A DNA stretch of 57,254 nucleotides from Catajapyx aquilonaris. Lineage: Eukaryota. The notes under the pieces were generated by a model. That model worked only from the letters and a program-made list of their open reading frames with translations. It was not told where the DNA came from and did no database searches. Position numbers and translations under genes: made by a program. Positions 41,201-55,383 of this stretch are shown here, piece by piece; the stretch's first letter is position 1; every line of letters starts with the position of its first letter. The DNA lies in NCBI GenBank assembly GCA_000934665.2, contig JYFJ02002416.1, positions 1 through 57,254 of the forward strand. Reading direction: 5' to 3'.

Positions 41201-44200
41201 ATCGCAATAGCTCCGAGCACAGCATGAACCAAGCTAAATTGAGCAGGAGTAAAAGATCCTAGTGATGTTGGCCATCCATCACTTAATAGCAGGGTGTGGC
41301 GTGGTCCGAAATTAGAGTATGGAAATGAGATTGATCCGGTCTGGCCCCCTTTGTTAAAAGGCCGGGGCCCGGAGGAGAAATTATCTCCTCCCCATCACCC
41401 TTTAAGATCCGGAGCCCCATGTTTGGACTCCGGATTAACGCAATGATTTTCCAGGGCTCGGTTTTGCTTGGATTTGGAGTCAAAACTGGATATAATGTGG
41501 ACTCAATTGTTCTCAGCACCGTCTCCTCTAATTTAGGATGTTAGTTATCTCCGGCGACAGTTTGTTGGTGCGCTTGAAATTTTTTGGAATATTTATGTGC
41601 ACAAGCCACAATGCAGGAGGGCGCACTATTAATAGTGCTTCACCCGTTGGAGGTGGCATATCTTTTAATAACCGAGTGTAAAACAGCATGCCATATCCAC
41701 ACCCCCAGTAAAACCCGTTGGTCTTAATTTCCTCCCATAGTTTGACAGCGCAGCTCCAGTAAATGAAAATCAATTATTGTAGGTAAGCGACCTTGTCCTA
41801 CTTGGGATACGATTTTCTCTCCTATTTATAGCCAATATAGTCGTCAGGCATTAGCACGTACGTGAAGCAAGAAACCTGTAATTTTTAACGACTAAAATGA
41901 ATAGGAAACGGATAATTATTTTTTCCGTTTGCTAAAAAAAAAAAAGGAAGGTTGGAAAAACAGTGAAATCCAACTCGGTGGTGTGGATTACGCAAGCAGA
42001 TGCTTCATAAAACCCGTTCGTCGGCCTCTTTTTTTCTATATATTAAAAAGGTCCTGTCGAGTGACGGTGAATCTGCGAGCGGTGTCTGTCACGTAGGATG
42101 ACTGACATAACGTTCACGTCACGAAATTATAACTGGATCCTGAATTATATTCGTCTGTGGTCAAGGGCAGGAAATGACTTCGCGAATAATGAAATTAACA
42201 TAAAGTCCCGAACGATATGTCGCTAAAATTTTTGTTGCGTATATAATACCGCATGACTCTAGCTATACAATTCAAGCTATACGTTCTGCGAGATTGGTAT
42301 GTGTACCAGGGCTGGATAAGGTTTCCATTTGCAGATGTTTATATTAAGCTTAATCTGAACTTGATATAGGGCGTGTTAAAGGGCATGTTTATATTCTCTA
42401 GACGTATAAGCACGGGAGTTAGATACCGCAAAGTGTGCTTTCGACTGTCAACATGTCATTATTCCGCCTTAACTTCTGGGCGTTTGAGGCCACATATGCA
42501 CGCACTCTAGAAAAATCCTAATCAGCAAAATCCTAAAACAAAAGGACAAAACCTTACCTTGATTTCAAATCTCAAACCGTGCTTATCTCCCTTGCACTAC
42601 TTTTTTTTTGTTGAAAGAAATCAAGTCCAACTGATACGCAAAAACCGTTCCTCATCCAACTGCAAACCTGCCCCGAAGAGCCGGCGAATCTTGATATACG
42701 TTTCCCGTACAAAAGGAAGCGTCTTTTCCTGCCCTGTGCAAACATGGCGAGTTGGCAAAAAAAAAAATCTCGCTAATTCCGCCATGAGCTTCCCCTTTTG
42801 CCATAACCGGGAACTTCCTCTTTCAACTCAAATTATTATCGGCAAGTTTTTCCATCCCGCCACTTTCAATCCCCATAAAATCCGACCATGCTACATAAAT
42901 CAATATGCACATGAAATAGACCTGGAAAAAAGTACTGAAAGGTGTCCACATATCAAAGGGCTAACCTGCTGGATTTAAATGGTGCCTATTTTTATCCTTG
43001 TGCAGGCTAAAATCGTTGCGGTAGATATTCGACGCAATGGGCAGCTTCCGTGAAATTTAAATGTAGGTCTCGGGTCTAATGAAGCATGCATTGAGCAGCT
43101 GGGGAGGGTTTAATTCAGGAGGAGGCTTCAAGTGAGGGGCCCCCTAATTTCACTATGAACAGACACCGTTGCATGCACTATTCAGAGGGTCTCATGGCGA
43201 GGTTGGGTATTGCGAAAAACAAAGCGGTGTCAGGAGGAAAAGTAAATTTTCCGCAAAATATATAACCCCCCAAAAGGTTACGAAAACTGTTGTGCTTGGT
43301 TGCAATTATTCGTGGGTGTCAAAACAATTCAAGGTTGTGTAAATCTCCATTCGATTTTTCCAACCGTGAAATAGCATTTGCTTTTTCTCAGTGGAAAATG
43401 TATTAAAAATAATAAAAAAATAACCTTCACTGACATTTGCGTTTCATCCCGTTCAGTTAGGTAACCTCTATTGCAGGCTATGCTGTTCTGAACAAGAAAT
43501 TTAATGACATAAGAATAATGAAGTTATTTTAAAGGGCCTTACAAGTGGTTGAAATATCACGATATCTATCCACAGAGAATGGCCTTCAATAATAACGTCA
43601 CTGGTCTTTTTCAGGCTGTAATAAAAAGGCTGTAAAGCAATATTCTGCTTGTTAGTAATTCTTCCGGTACTGTATGAATTTGATTTGCCAATTCAAATCA
43701 CCGCAAATCACGCAAGACGTCATTCTGATTGAGTGCAGTTAGCGACAATAGGCATTAATCCTAATTATAATGCCGTATTTATCACTCCCCGAACTGTCAC
43801 TGCCTCGTCAACATATGCATTTCACGGAGTTGTGACTAATGCCGCAATTAAGCGTACTTCCGCATTACGTATATTGTACAGCACGGTCGGTTTACAATAT
43901 TCTTTCAAATTTTCCTAATGGCTTCATTTGAAGTTGTATTATTGCTTTTCTTTTCAGAGAAATTCATTACTGGAATAATTTACAACCTATACATTTCCTG
44001 ATAATGTCAAATACTTACGCATTTGGTATAAGGTTGCAACCACTGAACCACACCGCACTGATAATAACTTGACGCCAGTCTAATTTCAACAGAACAAACG
44101 GCTCAGTGACACCTCCACATTAAACCTATTAGCCTCCTGTATAGGAAGCCCATCTGCCCAGTCACACAATGTCGGCAACAAAAACGGACCATCTGAATCG

Positions 44201-44361
44201 ATTCGCACCACGTACCGAAGTTCACATTGTATACTCGGATGTCGCCGGAAATTCGAATCGCGATTGTGTGACCCTCCGTGTAACCGAGAAGGTGTTTCTT
44301 CCATCATGCATCGAACTGAATGCAATCGCAGCGCATCATCTTTTTCCCCTCCCCAGTCATT

Positions 44362-44784
44362 ATGCCAGGGGGACCATGCAAAGCCTTGTGTACGTGTGAT
44401 ACCATCCTTCAAGATAGAGAGAGAGGTCAAGAGGTCAAACAGTATGCGAGCTACCTGTATGACATCCTGGGGCAAACGGGGCAGGACTGCAACTGCTCCG
44501 GCCAGGTGAGGCTGGGTCAGGCTCATCACGACCAAAGTCCTCTGATGACCGGGACTGGCATCAATTACAGTGGGGGTGGTGGAAAAGTGTGTACGTGTGT
44601 GTCAAAGGTGAAAATATGTACTACCACCACTGAAAAGGAGAAAACAAAAGAAAATATTGAAAATAATCAGAGTTCTTGTTTACCAACCCAAAAACGGAAA
44701 CATAACAGGACGAAATAGACTCATGCAATTTGTTTTCAGGTATTGGTTCAGTTGGCTATAGATATACAGGGCGATACTAAATAA
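44362..44784 (+). CDS. Candidate spliced small ORF (62 aa)
   Basis: Acceptor tttttcccctccccag (44356), ATG 44362, donor CAG|GTGAG (44505). Possible last exon 44740-44784 ending in TAA inside AATAAA. No recognised homolog. Confidence 0.3.
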
Positions 44785-47700
44785 ATGCATTGTATAGAAA
44801 TTATTGCGTTATAAATATGTGGAAGTTCCAACCTGGTTGAAGGTTACCCAACTATTTACAGTTTCGCGATGCCGATTATTTCCCCTGAGGGTAGAGGTCA
44901 CCTTCAGGAAATGCTAACGTTGTTTTTTTTTGCGCCAAAACACGCCATGCCGAGGATTGCCTTTACACAACAAAGATGCTGGGCCGAGTGGTCAGTACGT
45001 TTCCAAACGAGTCTTGGAAAACTTGACCATTACATAACTGTTATTTTCACTATTTCTCCACTGCTCTACATTACAAGCATTATGAAGCAGCTCCCCATTG
45101 TGAATCGCAACCTCCTTTTGGCGCAACTGACACCTCCCCTAAGAAAATTACAAACAACAGGTGCTCACTGATTGATCCGCAATTATTGCACAGCCAGCTT
45201 TGCAAAAAAAATAACCCAGTTCGTTTCGCCAGCATCAAAAATCCATTCGGTACATCACCGGAAAATCCGGGAGAGACGACACGTTCCTTCATAAACGTCA
45301 CGGTTGGTCTGTCCCACAGGAATCGCAGAGATCTTAAGGGAAGAAGCTGCCGCCCATCAATTTCCGTTTCCCTTTCTCTCAGAGAGTACAGGCGAGATCA
45401 AGTACACACACCCTGGGAATTAATTATTATCCAATAGCTCTCGGTTGGGGAGGAGGAAAAAAAAGTATAAGAAAACAAGTTTACAAGCCAATTTACTGCC
45501 CTAATGTGAGATTATTTTTTTTCGACATGGAGGCAAACAGAACCGAGGGGCATATCACCCGATTCCTTCCGCCATTTTGCATTAGTCCCGGGGCGGGCTC
45601 ACAAGTCCAGAAAACCACGTCCTGACCTGGATATTAGGAACTGCAACTCCGCGGAAATAATCCCTGGCCCAATATCGCGCAAGGGCTTTTCCTTTCAAAA
45701 CCAAGCCCCTTCCTATAGCAAAACCCCCAGCGCAATATATATGACCGACTAAGATCAAGATTTGCAGCCCCATAGAAATTCGACGCTAGAGTCTCATAAT
45801 ATCTGTCGCAAATAATAGTTTGGCCAAAAGTACTCAATTTATTTATTTATACTTATATTCGGATCCGGTGTGTTGTTCACTGTTACTTCTCAGAGTGACT
45901 TGAATCTATTCACGAATCACGAGGGAGAGCCATGCGAATATTCGAACTGCATTCGCTCTCGATGGGAACATTTGCAATCATCCACTTACCCAATTCACAC
46001 GGCCAGGCTAATTAGTGCTCGATATCACACTTGAAATGCGGAACACCCTCAGGAGTTACCTAATTCCATCTCGCAGCAGTTTGGAAAGTGATTAAAGCAT
46101 CTAGTTGCAGCTTTACACACGTACACACAAAAAAATAAAGACTCGTCCTGCAAGTAGTTTGTGTCGAATTCCAAGCGTGTGGTGTAACGGTGGGGTCCAC
46201 ACACACAAAAAAAAAACGGAAAACCAAGGGAATTCCCTAATGCTCCATCAAGGTTGCCGCCCGGATTCCAACATCCACAGGTCGACGACCACAACACCCA
46301 TGAATAATACAGGTCAACTCCGGATCTTTTGAAATACACGACTCGTCACAAGGACAAACCTTTGAAACGGCCAGTTTTGGCTAATCTCGAAAAAACGCGA
46401 GTAAAGATCATGAAAATACGTTCAACTGGTAGTTCCGCACTAATCCTGTATATTTACATTTATTTCCGAATTTAAATTGATTGGTATATTGTCATATCAG
46501 GCTGTATCAATCTGATTTATTGACATCCTTGTCACAGGAAACTGCTTAAAATAAAAAGCAAAAAACACTGCCCTTCAATTCGAACTCATTGGTTTACGCA
46601 ATTGAAACGATCTATAAATGACCTTTAGACTGAAAAAAAAGTTGGACGATAAGCATCGGTACAGAGGAAGCAGCACTTTTTGTTCTCCCTGAGGGGGTGT
46701 GTTACAAGCACAATCGGACCGTAGCTTTTACTTCGCCGATTGCACAAGGCCAGGAGATTGGGCCTCCGAAGAACAAGGTTGTTCCACGCTAAACTCTGAA
46801 GTGAAAGTAATGTTCGGCTCGATTCCAACGTGCAGTGCACATCGAATTGCAGGAGAAAAATAAGCATCACTGACCTTGTACTTGTTTGCACGTTGCCCTT
46901 GGCCAATGTCAACGATTTGTTGTAATATTGTTTTTTAAAAAACGTTGTAGAACAAATGTGCAAAATATTCGCCGCAGCAGTTCGGGACTTTTGAGTACTT
47001 CCGTTCTCTTTCTAGGGAAATTTTAGAGAGGAAATGGGCTCTAAACATGAGAAGGTTGCAGGGCCCAGATCTACAGGTGGTCCTTATGGCTCATTTAATT
47101 GCCTAAGCTTCAAACACGACATGTTACACAGAGAGCTTGATGCACTGCACAAGTCCACAGTCCAAAACCTTGGCAGAAAATAGTTTACGGATTGTTTACG
47201 TTACCAATCAGTTTAATATCTTCTGGAGTATATACCCTTAGGGTAAACTCTGAATGTTTATACTCCCCAGACAAGGCCCCTGTGTATTTTTAAGTAACTA
47301 TAGGACCGTATAGCTTACATTAAAATTCAACTACCAGGACTGAACAGAAATCCATCTGAATTTTGTGCTAAATTTTTATTTATTTTATATACCCCATTTT
47401 CAAACCTTCGGTTATTGCCCATACAATTCCTATTGCAAAAAGTACAAGTTTTTAACACTAAACGTGACTGCTGTATTTTAAGAGAGGACTATTAAAATAA
47501 GATGCCCAGGTAACTTTGGTTGTTTAAAAAGGTTAGTACCGGCCTTTTACCGTAGCGTTTTATCACCTTACGGTACGCATACAACACGTGTATCAGTTAG
47601 GAAAGTTCAAATATAGGTGCAAAACAATGCAACAATAAACTCTTTGTAATAATCCTAAAATAGGGGCCTCGATAACAAAATACTTGTGCTCACAATAGAT

Positions 47701-50700
47701 AACAGATTTTATTTTAAAAAAGTGGCCAAACAATACGTTTTTCACCATCAGAAACAGTTATCGCTTTCTTTTACTAAACGACAATTCAAGGCGCTCATTA
47801 TAATTTATTTTTTTTAAATCCCAGCTTTCTACACACGTTAAGTTCCCTCCAACAAAAGTGACCGACATCAATGGAATTTTATCACTCCAAGTGTAGATAC
47901 GACTAATCAGTTAACATTGTGTGTGTGAAGCAAATTTCCACTCACAGTCAGTCGCAGCAAAACGGTATTATCAATGAATTAGAGCTGAATGCAACCAAAT
48001 CCGACGCACCTATTATTTACGTACCCTGTAATCTGGACATAATTACACGTCCCCTCAGGGACACCTGTCTGCTAATTAAAACACGGGTACTATTCAAAGC
48101 CCCCCCCCCCCCCNTCGTATATACAGTACAAGGAATATTATGCCGACCTTTTCCGATCAGCCCATTTATTTATAAACCGTTCACTAAGGGATCTAAGTGC
48201 CATCATGGAGGCACCGGGTTCGTTTCCCCAAGAGTCCAATGAGTGTCAGGTCACCGCAAATCCCCGTCCCCGTTTTCTTACAACTCGGTGTGCCAAAAAA
48301 CCGCAGACATGGCCGGATACCCTCTCCGCAAAAGTCTATTTAACGCTGTCGATTTTGTTTATCGGAGCTAAAAATAAAACTAAAAAAAATCATACGTACA
48401 GTACTTCACATACATTTCTCTCATTTTATTGTCTATCAAGACACTTTTCTTGCCACACATAATCTAGCTTGGTCCGTTACCCACCACACGTGATCCCCAT
48501 CTGAAGCAAAGCCGCCTACAAAGTTTCATTTCGAAAATTAATTAGGAATTCCTAAGGAACGGATTACCTGAGATTTTCCCTCCCGTAATAACGTCCGAAA
48601 AATGATTATGTAGTTTCACTTCCCCTCCTGAGTTCTAATAAAGCTCGAGGAAGAGGCTTCCAAGAGTGGTAAATGGAACCTTGGTTGGAAAGGCTCAGAA
48701 TTATTTACCTCAGCATATATATTCAAACCACTTCGTCTCCTTTTTGCTAACGGTAACTCCTCTCTGGTGGCCGCGATTTTTGTAGAGGTTTTTCGCAAGT
48801 ATTATATCTTTTGGCAGACGCGTCGTGGTTTTCTTGCCAAGGTCGCTGAATTAGCATAGATGGCAATGCGATAGGCAGGTTGGCATATTCTCATCAGAAG
48901 AACCGGAAACGAGAATCAGTCAGCGATGCCAGAAACTGTCATATACTCTCTAAATTTCCTATGAGTCTGTTGTTTAAAATTCTAACTGTACCTGAAATTG
49001 CGCCAAATACTTCAGGCAGCCTATATACTATGCAGCAAAGGTATTGTTATCAATAAAACTAAATGTTATTCTGGATATCATTTCATTCAAAAAATAATTG
49101 AGATTTTACATTTATTTTGCTCATTATGCTGTATGATTTGGACTATTGCTTCATTTTATTTCTTTTGATTAAATTTCTACCTCAAATGAGCCAACGCCGT
49201 TGCAAAAAAAAAAATTGGATACCTGTTGACCCAACATGCTGCCCAGCAATTTTATATATATTTTAGGTCACACCCTAACTGCAGCCAAGCTTAATGCCGG
49301 AAAATTGAATCCGGCAAACGTAACGTAACGATTGAAATCGAGAATGGAGTCACGGGTACGGATTCAGCATTACGTAATTTTTCTGGCCAATTACGTTGTG
49401 CACAGTTGGGCAGCAAGGAGTCGCAATATTTTTTTTTTTGCTGTTTTTGCCATACCCACCCACACTACACCTAACAAGTTATCTGTGACAACCTTTCTTT
49501 TAATTTCCTGTTGGTATGATTTTCCACTTTGTTCCGTATTACAAGGTGGCTTACAAGTCACGACGTCACCAGTTCAATGGCCGCCCTGTGCCATCATGGC
49601 CTAGCACAACAACTGGTCCGGCAAACAGGTCTCTGACCATTGTAATCACCAGAGGCTCTGGCATATCTAATTAGCAGTCTCTTCAGACAGGTCTCCTTTT
49701 TCGGGAATATTAAGACACATTGGATCGGGAGGGAGAGAGAAAAAAATGAGGTGATAAATTTAGATTGTGCACAGGTCATCTTCCGCATTCCGCATCCAGT
49801 ATATAGGTTGCGAACAAGTGTGGGTGGATCGAGATAACCGGGAGTGATAAACCCAGCTTCAATCTCCATGTCACACTCCACATATTTTCAGCATATACGC
49901 CCCACAGTCCAGCAGGTGACATTATAAATAAATAAAAGGCGAACCGCAAATTGTGGGATGGTCTCGATTCGGAAACAAAATATACAAAAAAAAAAAGTTA
50001 TTCGCGGTTTGCACATGGGGACTTTGAAAATAAAAAGCGAGCAATTTGCGAATTTAGCCACACTGTTCTTTTTTAACAAAAGTGCAAGGTGCATGTAGAG
50101 CATATCGTATGTGAATAAGAGCCTAATGTTGCTCGGGATTTGCGGTAAACAGTTTGGAAAGCGGGGCAAAGCAATATTGGAAAAGGCAATAAATACAAGG
50201 CGGGCTTGAGATGACATTTTCTTCGGTTGCTTACTATACAGGGTGAACCATCAAATGATCGTATGGAACTGAAAAATGTTCCTTGCAAATAAATCATAAT
50301 GGTTTCAGGGAATATTTTGCCTAGGGGGAAAATAAGTCTCTCTTCACATTTCATATGCATACACACACAGAGGAATGACTCTCACTCTCTGTACATTTAC
50401 CTGCATTATTGTGGGGGAGCAAGGCCCAAAAATGGGGTTAATGAATACAGCAGTGCACGTGGGGGTTATTATCATCGACCCCTCCTCCTTCTCCCTGCAT
50501 GCTGGTGGAGAGAGGAAAAAAAAACATTGGACGAAACACCTAGACGGCCCTAACAGAACAAAAGCCAAAAGTTGAAAGCTGATGAGGAGACTCGATAAGG
50601 ACTTATAACTTTCCAAGGCCTGATGCCAGGAATCCAAAACTTCACTTTTCCTTTTCCCCGGAAAATGTGACCTCTCGCACAATAATTTTTTTTTCCATCT

Positions 50701-53182
50701 CTCGGTTAAGGGTTATGCACTCGGGGAGTCGAGACTTTTCCCCTTGCGATGTACTGTTTGTGAATACATTTTGTCCGCGAGTTTATGGAGGAAACAGGTA
50801 TACAGAAAAAAAAAACTAAAGAGTTCCGTTAAATGTTATCTGTTCGTTTCGGACGACGCGGTCCAGGTTACTAGCACTTGGTAAAGTCTTCCTTTTTGAT
50901 ATTCAGTGCGTGGCAATGTGGACAAGTACTAATGCCTGGTGACGTTATTGCAAATACCCGGATGTCATGTAGCAAAACCAGCACGTGGCTCGATTATAGG
51001 TCATGATTGTGCGAGCCTTGATGTAGGTGCTCGTGTCTTCCGTACATATTGTAGCAATATTGTTGTGCCTGAATGGTTCACTGGAGCTCTGAAATTGCAG
51101 GGGATTATTGGCCAAAAGTGTTAACTAATCAATTGTGGCCCAGTGGTCGCAATATTATTGGCCTGCAATTTCTCAATATTTTCTCATGCCAATTGGCAGA
51201 ATTTCATTTGGACCTACATGTAAGTTCAAGCGCCAATTAATACATTAGCCTACATATTATTAACCTGCCTTTAAAATATTGTAGATTCATTGACGTCATT
51301 TTATTCTGCGTTAACTTCATATCTGCTCATTGTGACGTTAGTACTCTAGTTCCGATTCCGATTCCGTATCAATGCGAAGTATGAATCAATTGGTCAAGAT
51401 CTAGTTGTTCCATAGCTTTTCACTGTTTTTGGCCTAATTGCACCGTCGACCGTGCCTTAATGTGTTGCTAACTGTAGGCAACAATAAACCAAAATTAATA
51501 ACGAGCAATAAAATACTCGGTCCATCGGTTCAGTGGCGCAATTTGAAAACAATAACATATGGGAAGGCAATGACTGTACATGATGCAACACGGTCTTATC
51601 CTTGTTATTGTCAGGTAATTGGCGCAATCAATAATATTAATTCAACAACAAGGATACAAACAACGAAATTAATTTCCGCAAATTTGATGTACATAATTTG
51701 CTGTCAGTTGCGCACAAGCGGTCTTAATAATTGAACAATTAGGTTTAGATTTTGCACAGTGCACATTATGTCAACCCAAGCGACACTTCCACTGTCATTA
51801 CGCAACAAGACCACGTCACACTGTACAAAAGCAAGGCCTTTCTGCACACACGTGTTGCACCAAAATTAAACTTCGGTACACTCAAAAAAAAGAGCACCCA
51901 ACTGTTACACCTCACATCATATTTAGGCCGCATGATGGCAATTAAACGGCGCAAATGCTATCTTTTTTTTTGTCGGTTCAAAAACTTTTCGGTCACGGTG
52001 TCTACCCCTCCTCACGAAATAACAAGCTTTGTCGATTTCCATGCCGCATCTATCGCTAACCAGTTTCACATAGCTTCACTTATCTGCCCCAATTGCGCAC
52101 GTACGTTGAAATACACTACATATCTTTTTTTAAAGGCCGAACCGCGTGTTTCTCACACACCCCCAAACAAAGGAAACCTCCAAAAAAATTCGGGTTAACC
52201 CTCCTCCCTGGCAACCAGTTTTAAACCGCAAATACTCACCCTATCTATTCCGATATCCTCGCTAGCCTCCAACATGAGATTCTCTATTTGTCACCAGGTC
52301 ACTTTACGAGCAACCGTTCCGCGAGCCAGGTGGGCTCCGACTGGCTGGATCTCTCCAACGGCTGCCAGGCTTCGCACACAGACACACACACACATACATT
52401 TTCAGGCCACACTTACCCCCGCACCATTTCCCCCATCCCAGCCAATCCACTCACCTTGCCCGAAGGTAGAAACAACACCTGCCTACAACCTTGGAAAATG
52501 GGGAAGACATTTTTTGGGTTGGGGAGAGGGAAAAAAATGTAGAAAAACTTACCTTCGCTGATAAGCTGGGTAGCTCTATTGCTGACTTCTCTTCGATCTA
52601 AGGAGGGGAAGATGGGGGTAATTTTTTTTTAACAATGCACCGAGGGGTGATTATTGCATAATTGATGGTTTCCTAACTGCTTTTGGGGATCGCTGACTGG
52701 TTATACAAGGGACGAGTTATTCGCGCGGGCTCATGACCAAATCTGGTCAGGTTGATAAGTACTGAGCGGGTACTGAGAGAGTCATCGGGCTTGGAAATAG
52801 GACACGTTTGCACATAGTCCGATGTCAAATTGACAGGCTGTGACATGGGGCGTGGGGGGTTGTACTGTTTCTTATGGTATTGGAATATGTGATAATATAA
52901 ACAACGAACTGAATGTCACCGGTAACTGCTACAGGGAACAACATTCAACCCTTCCCCCTCCATCATGGTCGCAAAAAATTACAAACAATTACAGGGGAAG
53001 GGAGTGCACAGTACCGTGACCGTACTCCAAACGTACCAATAAAAGAATCAGCCTAATCCTTTTTGAACGTCACCAACAAAACTACGGTATAGATTTAAAC
53101 GCGATTTTCGATACGTCGCCTATATACGTATTTGAATATTGGTTGATTTGCATAAAAATTCCGATCGAATAATTGAACTTAC

Positions 53183-55383
53183 CTCGACGTAGTTGACAGG
53201 AACGTAGCCCACATCGTTAGTGCTAAGGTTTCTCACAGCCCACCAACGTTCGCCGTCTCTATCCAATATCTGGAGAGTGGAAAAATAAATAGAACGGTCT
53301 GCTGGTACTATCAAAAAAGCAGAGGGGTAATCAGGTAAGGTGTGATTATAAATTTGAGCGAAGTAGGTCACGACTTGCAGTCTGCAAAATCATTAGAAAC
53401 ATGATTTACCGGGCGTCACGTGTATACTATATATGCTCCAAACTTGTGATTTGGAAAGCTGTAATTAAATGACTCACCTTCCTGCATAAGTTATAAATCG
53501 ATCCAATAATAAGTGGAGTTGGGTTACTCAACTCGCAATGTTCATGGGTTGGGGTTATGTTTCATCACAGTCGTGCTGTTTATTTGCGTTTTATTACAAC
53601 CCGGTACACAAAACGCTGCCGGCGGATACGAATATAGCAAATGGACCCAACAAAAGGGCGCTGCCAACATGAACGGGAAACACTGAACAGCCATTGTCCT
53701 ATCGATATGGCGTATAATATTAGATTATGTCGCGTAGGCAGTTCAATGGAAAAGCGTGGGGGTTAATTAATTGGCTAAAGTGTCAGGTGCACGGATTTTG
53801 TGATTAGGACTCCTTAATGCCAGGACTATTATGGTATTATCAGGTAGACAATCAGTGTAAGCAATGAATCATTACCATTAGACATATACGAATAGTACAC
53901 GTCATAATGTTATTGGCAGTACAGCTAATTTTTATAGACTCTAAAAGCTACTTTAATTATAAGCAGCATAGGACCAAACCTGTCACCGTAACATGTGATT
54001 TGCAAGCATGAAGAGCAGTAGTTTTCAGTAATTTACTTAATGTGTTTTTGGAGTAATATTTTGAGACAATTATACTGTACTATACATGAACAGAAGACTT
54101 TTAAATTATTTGGCACACTTCGTTCGCAAAGGATAATTTCGAAATGGATATGACCCATGAAAACTGCAGTCATTAAGGTAGAAACCCAATGCTACTGATG
54201 CTTACAATTAGCGCAAGTGATCGATACAAATTAATTCAGTAATTATTGGAAAAATGTTTGCTCGATGCGGAGGTATAGAGTAACACTGCAGACTACCTGC
54301 ACTCGGCAACGGTTTAAAAAAAAATTGCATTGAGCCAAATATTACAGTACAACACATCGGGAACAGTATGTAGGCCAGCCCTGTAATTATGCGCGGCCAG
54401 AATCGAGGGGATGTTAGTGTGGGGGATTTAGTGACGCAACATAATTAACTCTCTTATTACATCACAATAACCTCGCATTCATGGAGGGGCTAAGAAGTAA
54501 TAGTGCAGGGGCATAACTGCTAATCGGGGGGGAATTACTACCGGCATTATTTTGTTAGTAAACAACCTGCCTACCGCGTGAAATTAATACTGCATAGTTC
54601 ATGCACACTGCAATTGAATTTTAGAAACTTGGGGGTCTGCTCAATTGCATTTTAAAGCAGGTTATTTTATTTAAGCAGTTACTGATTCCCCCCTAAACAA
54701 TCCTGAGAACAGGGTAATAAAATAATAAAATAATAAAAATAATATACATAGTTACTGATGTAGCCAAAAAAATTAACTAGTAACAGTAGGTTGAATGACA
54801 GTCAGCAGTTTTCACACCAACAGTTATGATTTGGAGCATTTAAAAATCGGCTCGACAGTGCTATAAATATTGATAACTGATCCGGTCGATTCAGCTGGAA
54901 GACTCTATGCGTGCACTACGAACAGACTATACATCAAGGTCAGTAGGTCAATCATCGTACCTCGAACCTATCACCCTTCTGGAAGTCCAAGAGCAGGCCA
55001 CCCTTCTCGCCCGTCATCAGGCCATCCTCCTCAGGCACCGGGTGGTCATTACATCTATTGGTTGGTCCCTGATCTGATGTAAATAAGGCCCTGTTCGGCT
55101 CCTGGCCATTTTCCGTATTCTCTTCTTCATTATTATCCGGGTGTCTAAATACGGATGGGGCCGAGTGGGCCTTGGCAATCCGGGGCAGAAGAGATGCTGG
55201 GGTGACAGGATCCGATCCTGTCCTGGTCTTCTTACCCGGAGAGAGCAGGAGGATGGAGGCCAAACTGGTTCCGGGCTGACGGTCCGGATTCCCCATGACT
55301 GGTAGCCGCTCGATACTAGCTCCTGATGAAGGTTGAAGGTGCTGGATCCTTAGGAAAAGGTGCTTGGCCCTGCAGGTCTCCAT
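53183..55383 (-). CDS. SH3 domain-encoding exons (55383-54961 and 53269-53183)
   Basis: Joined in phase 0 they give ...LLDFQKGDRFE|ILDRDGERWWAVRNLSTNDVGYVPVNYVE, with the SH3 hallmarks FxKGD, WW and GxxPxNYV. The second exon ends in a strong donor GAG|GTAAGT. Confidence 0.82.

Noticed and set aside
41283..41773. NPSKTE and AVKLW peptides reminiscent of LINE reverse-transcriptase C-termini
   Set aside because: Short matches in the wrong relative order, with no RT core motifs.
30400..53100. Most 60-150 aa ORFs in the ORF track across this region
   Set aside because: Many start at TTG/GTG, and they lack recognisable motifs and flanking splice signals. They are consistent with chance ORFs in intronic DNA.
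53183..53269. SH3 exon as part of a Src/Tec-family kinase
   Set aside because: No SH2 or kinase exons were found downstream on the minus strand within the window.
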